IMG/VR virus record: IMGVR_UViG_3300005805_000008
Coordinates: 1-37,897 of that record
DNA from: a virus
Taxonomy: Duplodnaviria > Caudoviricetes
Length of the DNA: 37,897 bases
Strand: one strand, 5' to 3'
Part shown: positions 34,458 to 37,897 of the stretch, piece after piece
Layout of the letters: each line of letters begins with the position of its first letter
Numbering within the stretch: the first letter of the stretch is position 1
Translations under genes and position numbers: made by a program
Notes under the pieces: model-generated
What the model was told of the DNA's origin: nothing
What the model saw: only the letters and a program-made list of their open reading frames with translations
Database searches by the model: none

Positions 34458-35459
34458 ATGAGCCTTGAAGAACGAGCAATAGACCTAGACGAGGCTAGGA
34501 AAGCCCGACTCATCAAGTCTGAAGTCATTGATGTAGAGAAGTATCTACACGCTAACGACGTGACGATCAGGGTCAAACGGGCTACGGACTGGTCAGAGAC
34601 AATTAAGCGCAACTACCTAGCGGGTGATAAGGGTAATCAGATTGTTCTTCCTTGGCCTAAGACGCACTCCACTTTTGCGTTCCGTGAGGGAGAGGTAACG
34701 GTTTACGCTGGGGGTAACGGTGGCGGTAAGTCGCTGATTACGGGCCAGATTGCTTTGAATCTGATACGTCAGGGGCAGAAAGTCTGTATCGCTTCGTTTG
34801 AGATGAAACCTGAGAAGACCTTAGAGCGAATGTTGCGGCAGTTCTCTGGGGAATACATGGATAACCCGGTAACGAATAACCGTGAGAAATACATTACCGA
34901 CTTATTTGTCAGATTTAATGGGTATATTTCTGACAAATTGTATCTTTACGACCAGCAAGGCACGACTTCAGCGGATAAAGTTATCGCTATGGCAAGGTAT
35001 TGTGCTATGGAACTGGGGATTCAGCATATCTTCATTGACAGCTTGATGAAGTGCGTGAAGGGTGAGGATGACTTTAACGGTCAAAAGAACTTTATTGACG
35101 AGCTGACTGCTTTGGCTAGGGATCATTGTGTACACATTCACTTAGTCCACCACATTCGTAAGCTAGTTAACGAGGAGCAGCAGCCGAACAAGAACGACTT
35201 GAAGGGTTCGGGTTCTATCTCGGATCAGGTTGATAACGTGTTCTTGATGTGGCGCAATAAGAAGAAAGAGAACATGAGGCAGCGAGGTGAGGTGGTAGAC
35301 GAGACGCAGCCGGATGCTTACCTGATGTGTGAGAAACAGCGTAACGGGGAGGCTCAGGAATGGTATGGTCTTTGGTATCACGCAGCGAGCCAGCAGTTTG
35401 TTGAGAGCTTGGGGCTAATGCCGATGGACTTTGACAATAAAGGGCGGTTCAGTGGATGA
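34458..35459 (+). CDS. SF4 (DnaB/Twinkle-like) helicase
   Basis: GGNGGGKS, SFEM, IFIDSL, LVHH, DLKGSGSI, KQRNG. Confidence 0.9.
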   Translation: MSLEERAIDLDEARKARLIKSEVIDVEKYLHANDVTIRVKRATDWSETIKRNYLAGDKGNQIVLPWPKTHSTFAFREGEVTVYAGGNGGGKSLITGQIALNLIRQGQKVCIASFEMKPEKTLERMLRQFSGEYMDNPVTNNREKYITDLFVRFNGYISDKLYLYDQQGTTSADKVIAMARYCAMELGIQHIFIDSLMKCVKGEDDFNGQKNFIDELTALARDHCVHIHLVHHIRKLVNEEQQPNKNDLKGSGSISDQVDNVFLMWRNKKKENMRQRGEVVDETQPDAYLMCEKQRNGEAQEWYGLWYHAASQQFVESLGLMPMDFDNKGRFSG

Positions 35460-35673
35460 AGTTTCATTGAAAATTCATGCAACCGAGGATCATCGTCATA
35501 GGTGTGAGACAAGACAAGTATTACGGTGGAGAGCAGAGGACAGGAACAAGGCTATTCATTACTTAATGAAGGTCAGGAAAGCTAGGGGTGATGCCGCGGC
35601 AGACAAGCTGGCTCAGGATTGTAAAGATCAGTGGGCTAAAGGATCAAAAGGGATTGAGGGGGATTGGCGTTGA
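35452..35673 (+). CDS. Hypothetical protein
   Basis: HRHRCETRQVL...QWAKGSKG..GDWR; probable GTG start. Confidence 0.6.
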   Translation: MDEVSLKIHATEDHRHRCETRQVLRWRAEDRNKAIHYLMKVRKARGDAAADKLAQDCKDQWAKGSKGIEGDWR

Positions 35674-35954
35674 GAGCTTATAGGGTAGATGCAAACCAGC
35701 GGGAGATTGTTGCTGCACTGCGGGAAAAGGGGTTTACCGTCCAGCACTTGCATAAAGTGGGTGAAGGCTGTCCGGACATAATCGTCGGGCATAGTTACGG
35801 CGGCAGACCTTACAACGTACTGCTAGAGATTAAAGAGGGTGACGGAAAACTGACACCCCAGCAAGTTATCTGGCATGCAGGTTGGCGAGGTCAGTGTGCT
35901 GTTGTCAAGAGTGCATCAGAAGCTATACAGGCTGTATACAATGCCAGCAAATAA
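35664..35954 (+). CDS. VRR-NUC-like nuclease / resolvase
   Basis: RVDANQREIV, GCPDIIV, LLEIK, LTPQQ..WH. Confidence 0.8.
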   Translation: MALRAYRVDANQREIVAALREKGFTVQHLHKVGEGCPDIIVGHSYGGRPYNVLLEIKEGDGKLTPQQVIWHAGWRGQCAVVKSASEAIQAVYNASK

Positions 35955-36366
35955 GAAGCCTAGAAAACCTAAGAAGTACATCCCTAGAATGCTTCCGATG
36001 ACCATTAGGCACAATGACGAAGCTGAGCGGTCTTTGCAGCTAACGCCGCATTCCGAGTTGCTGAAGCTGCGAGAGGGCTATGGGGATGAGGGTAGCTGGA
36101 ACACTATCGTCGCTAGGCTTAATGTGGGGTTAGTGGCTGCTAACGCTGATGGCAAGCCGGATCAAGCCAAGCAGATTAGGGTAGGACTAGATGCGATGCT
36201 CAAGGTGCAGGCTAGGTTTGATAAAACTGGCAAGTGGGGGTTATCTGGCAGCGACTTAAAGGAAGTGGGGGATGGGTTGGTATTGACTGATAACTTACAG
36301 CTATCGTTAACTAGAAAGCAATTTGCACAAGCTATCAATTATGTATTCCAGCAAGTAGCAAAATAG
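35941..36366 (+). CDS. Hypothetical protein
   Basis: MPANKKPRKPKKY basic start; probable ATG 35941. Confidence 0.65.
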   Translation: MPANKKPRKPKKYIPRMLPMTIRHNDEAERSLQLTPHSELLKLREGYGDEGSWNTIVARLNVGLVAANADGKPDQAKQIRVGLDAMLKVQARFDKTGKWGLSGSDLKEVGDGLVLTDNLQLSLTRKQFAQAINYVFQQVAK

Positions 36367-36386
36367 GTTTATAATTATCCCGTCTA

Positions 36387-36492
36387 TGTGTGGGCATGGA
36401 TAAAATTACTGAAGCCCTTAAAGCTTTGGTTCTCGCCTGAAAAGGTAAAACGTGCCCACACACGCTGAGAACCAAGACTTTAGGGGCTTTTT
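36387..36492 (+). ncRNA. Second antisense-attenuator-like leader
   Basis: TATAAT 36370; TGTGTGGGCA 36387 is complementary to TGCCCACACA 36453 inside stem 36412-36489 plus a U-run. Confidence 0.6.
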
Positions 36493-36500
36493 GCGTTTTA

Positions 36501-36741
36501 GACCGTACTGGTCACGTTAGTAATGAACCCACGTTCGGGGTTGCTGCCAAGAAAACCGAGTGCGCTATATTAACAGGGCGGCGCAGCAGACTTGCTACAG
36601 GTACTTGCATAAACAAGGTAGAACGGTTGATGAACGGTTGGGCCACGATACGGTCACCTTGGAAGATGAATGTAGCCACGAGAGTGAACAGCTAGTTCTC
36701 TATAGCTGGAAAGGTGTTAAATATCAACCCCTCGCCCTGTT
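36501..36741 (+). ncRNA. Candidate large pseudoknotted ncRNA
   Basis: About ten complementary segment pairs, several crossing; GNRA hairpin; no credible ORF. Confidence 0.6.
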
Positions 36742-36758
36742 CTATTGTCTAAAGGAAT

Positions 36759-37100
36759 ATGATTACTAATATGAATCAAATAGACCCACACGAAGCAATT
36801 AACTACATGATTCGGCACTCTGCTGAATATGCTCAGGCCAAGGCTCAGGTAACGTACCTTGAGGAATTCCGGAAAAGCAAGAAAGCCATGCTGTTCTCTA
36901 GCGCAATTGGGAATACTATTGCCGACAAAGACAATTTTGCTTATAGTCATCCAGAGTATTTAGCGATGCTGGATGGCCTTAAAGCGGCTGTAGAGAAGGC
37001 AGAAACACTCAGGTGGATGTTGGTAGCGGCACAGGCTAGGATCGACGTATGGCGCTCACAAGAGGCCAGTAATCGGAATATAGATAGATCAACTCAATAG
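36759..37100 (+). CDS. Helical phage protein
   Basis: AAAGGA upstream; start at 36759 or 36771; paralogous tail at 90-275. Confidence 0.75.
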   Translation: MITNMNQIDPHEAINYMIRHSAEYAQAKAQVTYLEEFRKSKKAMLFSSAIGNTIADKDNFAYSHPEYLAMLDGLKAAVEKAETLRWMLVAAQARIDVWRSQEASNRNIDRSTQ

Positions 37101-37109
37101 GAGGATAAT

Positions 37110-37325
37110 ATGATTGATGATTCAAATCTGGCGCAATGCGAGTTTTGTGGTTACGTAACAGACTGGGATGATGTACCTACGGCTAACGATCCTTGGTCTG
37201 ACGGAACTGTAACTTGTTGTCCTGAATGCAACGAGGGGGAGTCTTTTTCTAGCTATGACCCGGCAGCGGCAATTGTTCGAGAGCAGCGAATTGCCCATCA
37301 GTCTGCGGAAGCTAACCGAGCCTGA
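37110..37325 (+). CDS. Small Zn-ribbon-like protein
   Basis: AGGAGG SD; CEFC...CPEC. Confidence 0.7.
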   Translation: MIDDSNLAQCEFCGYVTDWDDVPTANDPWSDGTVTCCPECNEGESFSSYDPAAAIVREQRIAHQSAEANRA

Positions 37326-37434
37326 GATAGAGCATCTCGGCATCAAACATTTCGGAAACATCTACTACTACTATCCGGACCAGATTAAGTCTTTGGTTCT
37401 GGATATTTACAAAAAATACCAAAAAAACAAATGA
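37255..37434 (+). CDS. Hypothetical protein (59 aa, not in track)
   Basis: MTRQRQLFESSELPISLRKLTEPEIEHLG...; overlaps the upstream gene. Confidence 0.45.
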   Translation: MTRQRQLFESSELPISLRKLTEPEIEHLGIKHFGNIYYYYPDQIKSLVLDIYKKYQKNK

Positions 37435-37465
37435 TTAACCAAAAGCTATTGTTATGGGCTAGATC

Positions 37466-37600
37466 ATGAATGACAAGCAGCCAGAGTCTTTACGGTTAGC
37501 TGATGGTTTAGAGAAAATCTATGGTCTAAAGTCCGAGGCTTACGTGATGCTAACGCACGAATGGCGCAGGAACTTTACAGGGGAAAGGAAGCCGACATGA
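37466..37600 (+). CDS. Hypothetical protein (44 aa, not in track)
   Basis: MNDKQPESLRLADGLE...; ATGA overlap with next gene. Confidence 0.5.
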   Translation: MNDKQPESLRLADGLEKIYGLKSEAYVMLTHEWRRNFTGERKPT

Positions 37601-37897
37601 CAATCGACATGACAAAAATATGGTTTGTAGATGGACAAATCATTGAGGAACAAATACCGGAAGAAGCTATTTACGAGCCGAACTGGGGTATCGAATACTG
37701 TAAATCATACGCCGAGCAACTTAGAGATAAGACACGCGCAAACCGAGCAGAACATGCGGCAGAATGTATTGAGTATTTACTAAGTTTGGTTCAGAAAAAA
37801 TGGCAGGGGCTGACGGATGAGGAAATACGCAACGAAGCCAACCATCATGTATTTGATGAGTCGTTTTTTAATGGCGCAGTATGGGCAAGAGGGAAAA
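37597..37897 (+). CDS. Hypothetical protein spanning the circular junction (ends at 97)
   Basis: AAGGA SD; ...WQGLTDEEIRNEANHHVFDESFFNGAVWARGK|IKEKNRG-stop. Confidence 0.7.
   Translation, partial: MTIDMTKIWFVDGQIIEEQIPEEAIYEPNWGIEYCKSYAEQLRDKTRANRAEHAAECIEYLLSLVQKKWQGLTDEEIRNEANHHVFDESFFNGAVWARGK
37824..37897. repeat. Terminal direct repeat copy 2
   Basis: Identical to 1-74. Confidence 0.95.

Noticed and set aside
36560-36950. ORFs 36560-36769 (+) and 36717-36950 (-)
   Set aside because: No SD or recognisable motif; they overlap the structured RNA or lie antisense to a real gene
37824-37897. 74-bp terminal repeat as biological genome ends
   Set aside because: It falls mid-ORF and is best explained as assembler overlap of a circular or permuted genome

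Overview
The window looks like a complete, circularly assembled genome of a tailed dsDNA phage. Bases 1-74 are identical to 37824-37897, and an ORF starting at 37597 reads through the junction. Gene order is P22-like/podovirus-type. A long rightward late region runs: small basic proteins, methyltransferase, glycosyltransferase, TerS, TerL, portal, scaffold, major capsid protein, adaptor/tail/fiber genes, ejection proteins, then holin-SAR endolysin-Rz/Rz1. A short leftward early operon carries ERF recombinase, an SSB-like protein, an HTH protein and MazG. A rightward replication/nin-like region carries YdaU/DUF1376 with iterons, a primase Zn domain, an SF4 helicase, VRR-NUC and Ref. I recognised no integrase or classic CI repressor. 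The lysis cassette implies a Gram-negative host. The major capsid gene is split by a 950-nt group I intron carrying an HNH endonuclease, and four more free-standing endonucleases sit in the morphogenesis module; three endonuclease genes have hairpins masking their start signals. The most unusual content is non-coding: two leader cassettes of the same C4/P4-CI-like architecture but with different loop/target sequences, a ~240-nt multiply pseudoknotted RNA candidate behind one of them, and a ~310-nt hairpin/pseudoknot array in the early operon. Family names come from recognising motifs by eye and RNA pairings were derived by hand; no searches or folding programs were run.
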